From assembly GCF_001194135.2 (NCBI RefSeq), contig NC_068990.1, positions 4,152,502 through 4,216,501 of the forward strand: DNA of 64,000 bases. The letters are read 5' to 3'. Shown one piece after another: positions 12,534-25,001 of the stretch. The notes beneath the pieces were generated by a model. That model saw only the letters and a program-made list of their open reading frames with translations. It had not been told where the DNA came from and searched no databases. Origin of the DNA: Octopus bimaculoides. Its lineage: Eukaryota. Position 1 is the stretch's first letter, and the number at the start of each line of letters is the position of its first letter. The position numbers and the translations under genes are program-made.

Positions 12534-13460
12534 GTGACATGCTCTCCAGTTTCTTCCGGCGCTTCCGACATCTCTGACGCGTTACCATTTCAAGCTGCTG
12601 TATCTTTCGCTTCTTCTCCTTTTACTGGCGATCCGGCCATTTGGTTTTCACAGCTAGAAGCCAATTTTGCTGCCAATAACATCACTTCTGATGTCAGGCG
12701 ATCACATTTATTAGTCAGCGTTCTGCATCTTGCTTTAAGCAGCGAGGTTACAGACATTATTACAGCTAACGCGGATCAACTATCTTATTTAACCGTGAAA
12801 TCTGAAATATTGTGCCGTAAGCGTTATCATCAGTTGATATTTAAAGAAATCCTAGGCGATAAAAGTCCTTCACAATTGCTTCGCAGAATGCGGGACTTGG
12901 CTGAGAGTAATCCTATGGACGAAGATATACTCAAACACTTATTTTTCTCTCGCCTTCCCAATAATGTCCAAGCTATTTTGACCACCATCAATGAGCACAG
13001 TTCAAACCAACAGCCAGTGGATTTAGCTGATGGTATTATGGACATTTCATCTTCACAAACTGCTAAGAATCTCCCCCCCATCATTTCTTCCTCATCGGCT
13101 GAGTTATCCTTTTTCCTCAAGGAGTTCGACAGGAAAATCCAACTGCTTACTGAGCAAATCTCTTGTTTATAGTTTCCTTCCATTTCTTCTCGGGCAAGAA
13201 CGCGAAATCATTCGTTTTGTCCTCATCGTACACGTTCCTTCAGTAGAAGCCCGATGCAGTATTGCTGGTACCACCAGCGTTTTGGACCACGTACGCACAA
13301 GTGTATGTCGCCATGTGCTTTTTCATCTATTCAACTCCAGGAAAACACGATTCCCAGGGATTAACTGCGGCTACATTTCTGGATAGATCATTGGAATGCA
13401 GCGGTTTTTTCGTCCACCATTCTAACTCCAAGCAGCTTTTATTAGTCGCTCACATTGGAT
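12534..13460 (+). mobile_element. Truncated Ty3/Gypsy gag remnant with possible protease start
   Basis: ORF 12534-13172 contains PFTGDPAIWFSQLEANF, EILGDKSPSQLLRRM and LFFSRLPNNVQAIL, typical of this invertebrate Gypsy gag class. In another frame CWYHQRFGPRTHKCMSPC starts at ~13263. No RT or integrase follows. Confidence 0.85.
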
Positions 13461-13640
13461 ATAGTCAAGACTATTGAAAAGGTTGCAAGACGCAACGAAA
13501 ATTTTAGGAAAATAAAAAGTGGAAATTTTAACGGTGAGTGTGTTAAATTTTAAGGCACGATAAGAAAATGACTCTCCCCAGACACAACAGAATATTTATC
13601 TATTGTTTTATGATTATTTCTGTCGTATATCATATAAAAT

Positions 13641-13971
13641 GGGCAGTAAGTTTTCAGATTAACACTCGCACGATATTCACTACGGTGTTAGGGTTAGGGT
13701 TTTAGGATCAGGGTTAGGGTTTTAGGGTTGGGGTTAGGGTTACGGTCGGAATTCACTAACCCTAACACCCTAGTGAAGATCGTGCGGGTGTTAATCTGAA
13801 AAATTACCAAACGGGCGAAGGTAAAGCGGGTGCACACCATCTAACCCTAACCTTAACACCTACCCTAACAATAAAAATATCTGAATGAATGCAATCAAGA
13901 ATTTGCAAACGATATTGTCAGGCTCCTCGTATCATTAATAATACCTAACAGGTAAAAGTAAATTACTGCCC
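13641..13971. mobile_element. Non-autonomous TIR element with nested hairpin and telomere-like repeats
   Basis: Outer inverted GGGCAGTAA (13641-13649) and TTACTGCCC (13963-13971). Inner ~35-bp inverted arms (13646-13682 versus 13771-13808) enclose degenerate (TTAGGG)n. CCCTAA-like units at ~13755-13770 and ~13842-13869. Confidence 0.65.
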
Positions 13972-15503
13972 CTCTACAGTCCGACAGGTTTGTTTATATT
14001 CCACGGTTGCCCGTTTCCCATTTCTGTTTTATTTTTTAGTATAAAATATTTAAAAATGGATGAGTCTTTCTAATTTCTTTTGCATGCATAATTTATTTTG
14101 TATATATTTTCCGTTTTCATAACTTCTTTTTAAATTGCATTTCATTTTCTTGGAGAGGTGCGTTTCTAAAGGAGCGCCAATGAGTCATTAGAACGTGTGA
14201 GTCAAGAAGACTTAGTGTATCATTCTGCTTTGTTTGTATTACTCAATGTCTTTAGTAGAAACTCTTGGAAAAGCTTCCCACACTCAATGACTCAAGGAAC
14301 CAGTGAAATATATTTTACTTCATCTACGAACAAGCTGTGTATATTCAAACAAATCAACGAAGTGGTATATATCTTATATATTATAACAACTTGCATTATT
14401 TATTTTCAACATTGCAACAACATAATTTATGAATGATAAATGACCATATTAATAATCAAGCAAATAATATTGTTCTTCAATCGTTTCTCTGATGCATCTT
14501 ACACATTAAATTCTGTCGCATTATGACATAAAATTTCCTTGTTACATATTTAATTAGCGATTCTTCCATCATTACATGGTCAAATATAGCGAAGTCTATG
14601 CTTCGCAGACAATAATCCTAAGATATACGTTGTGTTCCATACATGTCAATATCATTAGAATAAAATAGATTTCTGAGGCACGAGCACCATAGCCTTAAGG
14701 CAGGGACCCCATGGGTCTGGTGGGTCCAATTCCTTCTATATAGGCTTTGCCGTGTCTATGAATACCCAGTACATTGATTTGTCCAGGGGCCTACAGTGCT
14801 GCTAAGATGGCCTTGCACAAAGCCACGCATTTTGTTGAGATGAATCGATTAAATCGACATCATCACTTCCCTGATCTTTTATTTAAATCTTTGAAGGATG
14901 TAAGCAAAGTCGACCTCAAACGGGATCTGAACTCCGTTCGTTTAAGTACACAGCGAAATAACACCACAGTTATTCCACTAATTTTTCCAATCCACTACAC
15001 TATAGTCAATTCAAAAAAATTATAAATCGATCTTTTTTTTAATGTAATATAAAAACCTGTTAAAATTCATGTATCGAATTATCATTGATTTTATTAACTC
15101 TTCATCTGCATTCCTTCTGCCATCCCTATCTTTCCCTTCACTCTAGTTATTGCGTTAGTTTATACTTTTATATAAGGGTTATATTTTCCTCAGTCTCGCA
15201 TGGCTTACTTGCTTTACAAGAACGTTTAAATCGATTAAATAAATTATTTAAATGAATAAGCAAGTGGGGTGGTGACTGGTAGAAATTGTAGTATCATAAA
15301 TTAAATGCTTTATTGTATTTAATTGGGTAATTGGGGAACAATAGTGTCGTTAGTCAGATTTCCAACCAAGTCAATCGATTTTTGCAAGGGAAGATAATTA
15401 AAAAAGTTTCTGTGTAACTTAAAGCACAAAAAACTTAGTCCGGAAAAGCGTTAGGTTTTCAGTATTCCTCCCAATGTTTAAATACTTCGTCGATATACAT
15501 CAG

Positions 15504-15643
15504 GCATGGATAACCTTTTTCGAGCAGAGGGCCGCATGAGGACCTGTCTCATAACAGGTGGGTCGCACTACTGAAAGAATTCAAGGTAATTTTTCGTTGG
15601 TGTGCCATTCAGAATGTCCTGCAGGCCGTAGCTTGCCCCTGAC
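15504..15643. mobile_element. hAT-like MITE
   Basis: Begins CAGGCATGGATAACCTTTTT..GGGCCGCA and ends GGCCGTAGCTTGCCCCTG, resembling hAT MITE termini from recall. Confidence 0.5.
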
Positions 15644-15984
15644 TGACATGCATGCGTGCACACAGCCAGATAGAATAGTCGTTTGAGCGTCAGAATTCGC
15701 ACTATTCATTATGGCTTTCTGCTCTCTGTATTTAAATCGCGCCGATGTCAACTTTACTTTTCATCCTTTTGGAGCGGATAACGTTCTAGTTCAGTATTGA
15801 TAACAATTCTTCTCGCACTTGTTTTTTTTTTTTTTCATGAGGAAGAAACCAGACTGTAATGTCCAGTCGGAAGGGTACATACACAGTTTCAGGTATTTCA
15901 GACTTTACGAGTAAATTTCTCGCTGGAGTATGTTGTCTTTTGTAATATGAAAGACTTGTTCACAAGTCAACAAGGAAATTGCAG

Positions 15985-16450
15985 TTAAATATCTTCGCAA
16001 TTGTATGGTGTCATATTCGAGATCTTTATAAAATCTTTCCTGCCATCAGAATTTATGGTACACATAGGGTTAACATGCTGCTTACCATTGTAAAATACTG
16101 ACAGTATATTGTCCTTTAAAAATGAAAGTACATTGCGATAGAAAACGAATGAAAAACGTTTGACATCCGATGGGTAGCCTCCTATGTGGGTTTCGTCAAC
16201 TTCCCTACTCGTAAGTTGTTGACAGTTCACTCAATTTTGTTGATCCAAACGATGACAGTAGCCATACACAGACTATAGGACAGTGATGGATGTTCGCCAA
16301 GAAGAAATTCAGGCAACAATGTGGGACAGTGATGATTTACTTACATCATATCTTCATAAGCATGTGTGGCGAAACAAATTAAGAGATCGTGAAAAAAACT
16401 ATTTACGAATCTCATTTCATGCATCAACGATTGTTGTTTTCCCGTAAAAG
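15985..16450. mobile_element. Merlin/IS1595(ISXO2)-like transposase remnant, apparently internally inverted
   Basis: Plus strand from ~16215: LTV-HS / NFVDPNDDSSHTQTIGQ*WMFAKKKF / DDLLTSYLHKHVWRNK (Merlin C-terminal motifs, with frameshifts). Minus ORF 15985-16230: EVDETHIGG and KQHVNPMCTINSDG (upstream catalytic-like motifs). Confidence 0.7.
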
Positions 16451-17843
16451 TAATTGTTTTCATCTTATATAAGGCATATGTGCGGTTTTCATGTTATATT
16501 AAATATGTGTACATTTACGTATTGGCTGCATTGGTATGTAACACTGTTTATAGGAAATTGCAGATTGTCTCTATCGTCACTTCTGGTTTCTATTGCAATA
16601 TTTTTTCACATTTTAAGGACAATTTACTGTTTTACGCCTGTAAACTGCATGTTTGCACCACAAAGATAATGATTTCAAATTCTGGCACAGGGCCAGCAAT
16701 TATTGACGGGGTGGGGGAGAGGAAGTCGATTACATCGAACCCTAGTACTTGACTGATATTTGTTTTATTGACCCTGAAAAATGAGACGCTAAGTCGACTT
16801 CAGTATTTGAACCCAACGTGAAGACAGACGAAATGCCACTAAGTATTTTCTCTGATGTGCAAACGATTCTACCAGAGCGCGCGCACACACATTGTTTGTT
16901 TTTGTGTTGAGTTATAACAAAAGCAAATTTATATGAATCTGGTGGGTTACTCAATACTTTTGTGGTGTACAAATTTATTCTTATACAGTCCGACAATGGC
17001 TCAGCTGGTCGAGATTTCAAAGTCACTGCCAAGAAATATATGTATAGATATCTTAGAATAAAACACAATGCGGTCCTGTCGGTCAGGCTAGGGAAAGCAG
17101 AGTAAAACAACAAACTGGGTGGGAGTGAGTGAGTCAGAGGCGGTAAAACAAGCGGACAGCATTCAGAGGTTTTGCTATAAAAACTTTGGTATTTTAATGA
17201 AAACAAGAAAATTGCAGCAAAGCTGTGATAGTGATGTAAGAAGTGGCATGTAGACCATCATATGATTTTTTTAAACATATCTTCCTTGCTCCACTTTTTG
17301 TGGTGCATCTTCCCGGCTCCTTTTTTTATGGTCAGTAGCAATATATCGGTGCTAGGAAACTGTCCATGAACCCAATAATGTAGAATTTAAATTTCTAATA
17401 ATTTTAATGAAGTCATATAATAAGCTGTTTAAGCTTTGCTGTTCAAGTTTGTCTTAAGTTGGCAGTGGGAATGGTAACAAATCCAACAACTGCTGATGGA
17501 CTGACTGATTTAATGGTCGAATTGAAATTTTTCAATTTATGAACAATATCCCAGTTGTGAGGGAAGACAAACAGACATCAGCTGAATTTTTAGTTAGAAT
17601 ATCATTAATACCAACTGCAATCTTAATGAAAAATTGTTTATGGACATGTAAAGAATTGAGAATATTACACATTTTTTGTGTTAATGTGTCAGTTGTGGCA
17701 TCCTGCCTGATAGTATAAAATATATCAATATCCTCTGTTTGCTTGTAGTTGTCAAAATTATTGTTTCTATATATAAGAATAGTATTGTCATCTTGTTGTA
17801 TAACCTTTAATTATGGGGTTATTTTTTGATGTCACTGACATTT

Positions 17844-17857
17844 CCAGTAGGTGGCAG
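17844..17857 (+). promoter_or_regulatory. Candidate CTCF-binding motif
   Basis: CCAGTAGGTGGCAG fits the CCASYAGRKGGCRS core consensus. It lies in apparently non-repetitive sequence near the CpG transition. Confidence 0.35.
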
Positions 17858-20800
17858 TGTAGTTGCATAGAAATGGGGATTTCTTTTGTCAAGATAAACA
17901 ATTCTGTTTTGCTATCTGCATAATTAAAACAATGGGATAAAGTGAGATGTGACATGAACATTGCATTTTTATTCTTCTCTTCTGTTTTATGAATCCAGTG
18001 TGTACATGAGCATTCCATGTTCGTACTTTTCTTTCTGGTTCATATTCAAAACAGTTTACAAGTCACTACCATCTCATGGACCTACGGTTGTGAGGAGCGC
18101 TTCGAGCTCTGATGGTTGTAAATTAAAACTGCAGATTTTTATCATAAATTGTATGTAGTTTATCAGTTTCACACACAGATATATAAATTTGAGATTAAAT
18201 ATTAAACACCTTTGTTTTCAAAATATTATCATTCACATAACACAGCCTATATATAATTGTTGTATGAAGGATAATATATGTATGCTTTCATTTTTTTCTT
18301 TCTTCATTTTAGTCCATTTTCCTATTATTGCCTTTTCTGATACAAGCCCTTATTTCCTTTTCCAAGTAAAAGATAATGTTTTACTGATTTTATCAATCTA
18401 AGTGTAAAGAAACGTGCGTGCACACACATTCATACATGCATTCACATGTATATGCATGTACATGCAAAGGTTTATATATAAACGTATGCATATGTATGAG
18501 TGTGTGAGAGAGAGATGTTTGTATGGAAATGTATGTATAATGTATATATAAACATGTGTATATATATGTCTGCCTGTCTGCCGTGGGGCCAACCAAACTC
18601 TTGTGAGTAAATTTAGTAGATGGAAAGTGAAAGAAGACCTCCATATGTATGGGTGCTGCTTTGGAGTGTGATCTACAAGGGAAATTACTTTAGATTGCTT
18701 TTTATGGATTTTGTTATTTAAGTCAGTATAATAGAAAAAAAAGTGATTTTCCTTGTAGATCACATGCCAAAAGCAGCACCTATGTATGTATGTATATAAT
18801 ATGCATGCTTGTATGTGTATATAAACATGTATGTGTGTACGTATATATGCATACACACACATGTATCATGTGGACGATATTTTCAACTGAGACATTACAA
18901 CCATATCTGATTCTTCAAGTGCATCAGTTCTGTGTATGCACACATACATATATACAAGATTGCTTACATTTATTAATGGTTTCTCCCACTGTGTTGATTC
19001 GTCATTTTGTATTGCTAATAAAATTGTCAACATCGGTATGCTAGTATATATATAATACCTTGTGAGTGAATTTGATTGGCAGGAACAACACGTTATGTAC
19101 GACATTGTTCATTCCAATCTAATTCATTCACAAAGCATTGATTGCCCTCGGGCTATAGCAAAAAGGGACTTGTCCATGTTGCCGCTCAGCGTGACAGAAC
19201 CCGAGATTATGTGATAGCAAGTCAGAGCATAGATACAGGTATAACTATTAACGACATAACCAGACCTGCACCTCTGTCCTACTTTATAGAAGAAAACTAG
19301 CCTGTTATAAAGATCAGTTTTAAGTTTTAGATTTCTGCTGAATGTCAAAATAGACAGTGAAAATTATTCTATATAAATTACAAAAAATAAAAATATGAAA
19401 AAGCAAGGCAATATGTTTGTCACTTTATATAAGAAGTGACTTACACATTTTCTCCTCCCAATTTTTTGCCTTTTTTTTTTGTTTTTGCCTTTATACAGAA
19501 TAATTTTACTGTTCATGCTTTTCCTTCCAACCGATATTGATTTTGTTACGCCATGAATGAATAGCAAAAGGAGAGTTTTCCTAAAATGTCTGCCTGCTAT
19601 TGTGAGGAAATTTTGATATGTCTAGACTGAGAGCTACAGTAACGGTTTCTTATTCAATCTTATAATGCGTGTATGTATATGAATGTCAAATCTAATTTGA
19701 GACACTGTTTACTTATCAATTTATCAAAGTTTTATTAAATACAAAAATTTAACATGACATTGAAGCTGTATTTTCGATCGCAAACTAATTCATGTATGGT
19801 TCTTTTCTTTTCTATTTTTGTGTTTATATTCTCTCAACAAAAGTGTACCAAATACACCATTCTAAAAGTTCTATTTATTTTATAAATAATAGTTTCTTAT
19901 TTAATCATAAGCCCAGCAATTTTAAAGGGAAGGGTTAGTCGATGCAATTGATTGACCTTCAAATTTGATGGGCACTTTATATTATTGATCAAGAAAGGAT
20001 GTGAGGCAAAGCTGACCTCAGCAGAATTTGAAACCATATTCTACAAATAATGAAGTCTTTCTACTATAGACACAAAGCCTGCAGTTTTGGAGGAGGTGAG
20101 ACAGTCAATTACAGACCCCTGTGCATAACTGGTACTTATTTCATTGACCCAAAAAGGATGAAAAGCAAAGTCAACCTCGGTGAAATTTGAACTCGGAATG
20201 TAAAGATGGACAAAATACTGTCAAGCATTTTGTCCGTGTGCAAACGATTCTGCAGCTTGCTGCTTCTATTTCACAAGAAATTAATAAACTAGAAATAATT
20301 TAATAAACATTTTCAACAGTGTGAGGAAAAAGGTGGTTTTAGTATAAATGTTTATATATCTTTGAATGTCAATAATTATAGCTGAAATATTTTTGGGAAC
20401 GAAAGATAGCGCGATGTTTTAACATCTAAATGCTGATATAAGGGAACAAAATGTCAAATAATGTTAACCTTGTGATAACGTATGCCAGATTACAGTTAAT
20501 ATATTTATTAGTTTTTGCAAACTAAATTAATCATTTAGAAGCAATTTCGCTTTAAAATAGCAAACTGACACCAACTTCTCTCCCCCACCCCATATATGTG
20601 TGAGTAAATTTCTCTCTTTGTAAACACACGAATATATATATATATCATGTGTGTGTGTGTGTGTGTTTGTAAGTAGGTAGGTAGGTATCTGTGTTAGTGT
20701 ATGCCAAGCATCATGTTTACATTGGTTATTAGGTCGGTGCAGTTATGTGGTTTACAGGAAAGTGTCAAAATAATATTTAAATGACAAGATGGAAAAATAC

Positions 20801-21059
20801 TAATGGGAAGCTGTGTTGCTGGTTGAAGTTTTATTACTTAACTGTATGTAGAGGGAGAATTGAGTGATTACACACGTGCGTGCATACAATTATTTGGATG
20901 GGTAGATAGTGAGGAACGAGATATAGAGAGATAAGTTCTGTTGAAAGTGCTATCTATCTACCTATCATCTCTGTGTGCGTGTGTATATCTGTACACACAT
21001 ACATACACATATGCATATATATATATATATATATATACAAACAAACTTTCAGATCAGTT

Positions 21060-21485
21060 CAAATACATTTAGGACATATTTGACCTGTAAAAAGGCCATC
21101 TTCATTGTGATTTGCCATGAAGAAAATTCCTTGCTAAAAGCAACAGATATTAAAATGGCAACAATAATTTCAAAGCACTGCCTGTGGACCGATGAAAGCT
21201 CCTTTGCCATCATTAGTTTCAGAAACCAAGTGGGACAATACTGAAATGACTTTAGAAGTCATAAATTCCTTATAGAAACTCAATGTCTGCGAGGTTCAAA
21301 CAAATCATACAGTAGGCACACGGAGCAGTGTTGTGAAACAAACTTTGATATAGACTTCCAAAGTGATGGAAAGATGAGTCAAAAATTTCCAACCTAACTG
21401 AAAGAGAAGTCTGCAATCAAAGAGAAAATAAAAGTGCATTGTAACTAGCGATGTGTAAGGACACCTAATATTTTGGTTGACAGTG
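21060..21485 (+). mobile_element. Highly decayed Tc1-like remnant
   Basis: LWTDESSF resembles the first catalytic-Asp motif (VLWSDESKF). The 3' end GGACACCTAATATTTTGGTTGACAGTG resembles a Tc1-type TIR. Confidence 0.45.
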
Positions 21486-21838
21486 CAATAAGATATACTC
21501 GCGCATTTGTTTCATGCTTGCTTTTTCTTTTCCATGTTAGCAAGCATTAGATGAATGTTATTGTGTCATTATATAGTGGTAAACTTTACCAGTTTTCAAG
21601 CAAGAGATCTTTTATTCTATATAGTGTACATACTAGAGTATATATTCTAATGTATACTAGTGCGAACATGCTGTCTTTAAGATTGCATGTTTTATATTGA
21701 TTTGATATCATTGTATCATATATTCCTATAGTGTATATATGCATAAGTATACATATGGCATAGATGTAGGAAGAACACTGACCGGACACGTAACATGTAG
21801 GAAGCTCAATGTGAATAGCGGAAAATGTGAAATACAGC

Positions 21839-22267
21839 ATATTAATAGTTATCACCGTAGTCTTCTTTAGAGAGACTTAGAAATATTAATATTTGTATTT
21901 TTGAAAACCAGTGGATGTATTCCATTGAATTAAGGTAAATAATCCTTTGAACAGATGATCAGTAGCGATGCCTGCTGGGTTCGGCTGCTCTACATTGATA
22001 AGGGGAAAATAACCCGAAACTAGTCTGTAGATGCCAGAGCAGCAAGGGGAAGCGGCTGACCTCCCCTGTTCGAAGGTTATAATGGACACAGGTTCGTGTG
22101 TCAAATAGCTAGCTAGAGGTGATGGCCTCTTGGAGCTCATCAATGGCAGCATTCGTCCTATTTTCCTGGACTGCCATATTAGCTTAGCGATAACTATTAA
22201 TATCCAGTACTGCTGCCATAGTCTCCTTCTGAGAGACTTAGAAATATTGATATTTCTATTTTTGTAA
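21839..22267 (+). mobile_element. Retrozyme-like or Penelope pLTR-like unit carrying the hammerhead
   Basis: Imperfect ~50-bp direct repeats at 21855-21906 and 22216-22267 (period 361 bp). 15-bp inverted pair at 21839-21853/22189-22203. Interior is a chain of hairpins. Confidence 0.65.
21984..22043 (+). ncRNA. Type I hammerhead ribozyme, U3-A8 core variant, palindromic stem III
   Basis: Stem I TCTACA (21989-94)/TGTAGA (22026-31) plus distal GCTGC/GCAGC. Core TTGATAA (21995-22001). Stem II GGG/CCC with loop GAAAATAA. GAAA at 22016-19. Stem III palindrome ACTAGT (22019-24). GUC triplet with C17 at 22025. Confidence 0.8.
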
Positions 22268-22746
22268 AATAGAGCTATATGATGAAATGCAATTATGTTA
22301 AAAGAACATGCTTTTATAAAGCAGTGAAAAATTACTACCTAAATACTGTCAATAATTATATATATATGCACACATACTTCGATGCATTTTAAATATAGTT
22401 AGTATTTGTTACTAAACACGATATCATCATAAATACCATTATCCTATTTATATTTGTGTAGTGAAAAATTGAGCCCATCACATTCTGTCACCCTTTTGAT
22501 GCAAACTGGACAAAAGAAGTATATTGTTTGTTTATATATAACGTGGAGTTATGTGATCAAATAGTTACATACAAAATGAAAGTGAAATGAAGCAAGCCCA
22601 TATGTAGATATGTAAAAGCAATGTTATCTTAGTATTACTTATGTCAAAATAAAAATTATAATTACGGTCGTTAAAGCAATATGGCAATAGGTTAAAGCAA
22701 TATGGTTGTAATGTCTCAGTATATTTACGGTCGTTAAAGCAATAGG

Positions 22747-23445
22747 CATACCTACACAATTGTGCCCCCTATTTTGTTTCCTTATAACTTCCGGAAAAAT
22801 GGATATTTTTTAATGAAATTTTCTACACAGAGATTTCAGATGGTCTAAATTCTGATGACATCAAAATTGGTTGTGAACAAAAAGTTTTCCAGGTGAAAAG
22901 AGTTTCAGAAAATTCACTGGAGTGGCTTTGTCTCCTCATCACTTTTGGAGAAATGAGAATTTTCCTTAATGAAATTTTCTGCAAATATCTTTCAAAGTGT
23001 CATTTACGATTATATTGGAATTTGATGTGGAAATAAAAATGGGCTCACACACATACATACTCACATCATAATTTTTTTTTTCAAAATTTCATGTTCCATT
23101 TTGTAGATACATGCGATGTGTATCAGTATTTGTGTGTGCAAGCCCACTAACTTTTGCATATTAAATTTTGATATAATAGTAATCTACACACTCTGAAAGA
23201 TATTTGTAGAAAAAAGTATCAAAAAGTATTCATTTTTCTGAAAGTTACATGGAAATAATGTCAACTCATGTGAATTTTCCAAAACTTCTCTCCCCACCCA
23301 AAGAAAGACATTTTCGCAACAAATTCTGATATAGTTGGAATCTACACTATCCGAAGCATATTTTGGAAAAAATTTCATTCAAAGATCTCCGTTTTTATGG
23401 AAGTTATGAGGAGACAAAGTTATAAGGAACACATGTATAGGTATG
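22747..23445. mobile_element. Older, CpG-decayed foldback element related to the 1.4-2.2 kb family
   Basis: Ends CATACCTACACA.. and ..ACATGTATAGGTATG. Arms contain ATAACTTCCGGAAAAATGGATATTTTTTAATGAAATTTT and a diverged reverse complement, the same module as at ~1491. Confidence 0.65.
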
Positions 23446-25001
23446 TCAAGCAAAGCATGCAACAGTTGAAAATGTAAAATTTGAAGCAGACAGTTATAAG
23501 ATGAAATACTGCAAAACATTTAACAGAACATGCATTTTAATATTAAAAAACGACGAGGAATAAATGAAGAATATTAAAAACAATGAAACATAAGCTTTAA
23601 TAGAAGTCAGAGATATTTGAACATGTAATGTTTGCCAAGTAATTCAAATGACAGTTACTTGTGTTTGTACATGTGCTTAAACTGTAATTCAGTCATGACC
23701 TCTTCACTCCAGCCAGGATAAGTTATATCAGTGCACACATATTACTGGAATACTCGAATAAACAGGAATTAAAAAAAAATTATATCCAAGATGTACACAC
23801 ACACACAGCCTGAGTTCCTATCCACCACCCCCATTTCAACGATATGTGTGATCAAGATGAACTCTTCCATTAATTTTGAGATACCTGATGAGATAGAGGG
23901 CAGTTCAGCATATTAAATAATGTGATGATGTAATACATTAAGGAAAAATAAACTGCCATGCTATTGAAATATTTGTAGCATATATAGAACTGTTGAATAT
24001 CAATTCACCTTCATTATATATATCTATATCTATAATGAATAAATAAGGATAAAGTATCCAGGTGTGTACTGTACATGCATTCACTTATAATCTGGGTAAT
24101 GGCTAACTGCATTGAGTTGTAAGGAGCACTTAGCATTGCTTAAATAAGCAATCTCACTGTATTTCATCTGATGGGTAAATCCTGGGTCCATTTCACTAGA
24201 TTTTACTGGGTGTATATTCAAGACAATTACAATGAATGCAGAAACTAACACATCGGCATATTTCTTTTTTAGTTTCTGCAGTATATACAGCATATTTGAA
24301 TCAAATGCAGTTGCTAGTTGTCTATGCTGCAGAAACATGCATCAGACATATTTAAACCAAATACGTTGTATAATTGACTATAGAAATAAAATGTGTGTGC
24401 ATGCATGGATGTGTGTGACTCACTCTCTCCCTCTATCTCCTTATCAACAACACTCAAAATGAGGGAAAGTGCTTCTTTTTTTGCATATACAATTTGTATT
24501 TCACTCATTCTAAACAGCCACCCTCCCACCTGTCTGTCTTCTGTCTGTCTGCTTCTTTTCTGCTCTGTGTCTCTCTGGTTAAATATTAAAACTGAAACCA
24601 ATAAAAGGCTTCCAGTCAGAAGTTAATGTTATTTTGCTATCTTGTCATTTTTAATGTTAATTTGACACACTGCTGTCAACCACACATATCACTATATCTA
24701 TCAGCACACACATACATTTATATAAGGTGAGATAAAGAGATACAGAAAGTATTATTGAAAGCAAGATAAGGTAAAACATAATAAAAGAAATGGAATTCAA
24801 GGAGATTGGTGTTGGTTTATTGCTATAAAAATAAAATTATTCTTCATCTTATCTCTTCTACTCTAAGGAGTTGTCTGAAACTTCCCTTCAAAACATTAAA
24901 GTTTAAAGTTCTATTTTTACACATGCATGTATGTATGTACGTACATAGATGCATTTGTATGTAGGTATGTATGTGCATAGATACATACATACATTTGTAT
25001 G

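Noticed and set aside
16742-17206. 154-aa minus-strand ORF at the CpG boundary
   Set aside because: The C-terminal third runs through a SINE; no recognisable domain.
18060-18120. Possible box C/D snoRNA or pre-miRNA (ACCA..CTGA-TGGT terminal stem)
   Set aside because: No box C at the expected position, and the hairpin is too interrupted for a pre-miRNA.
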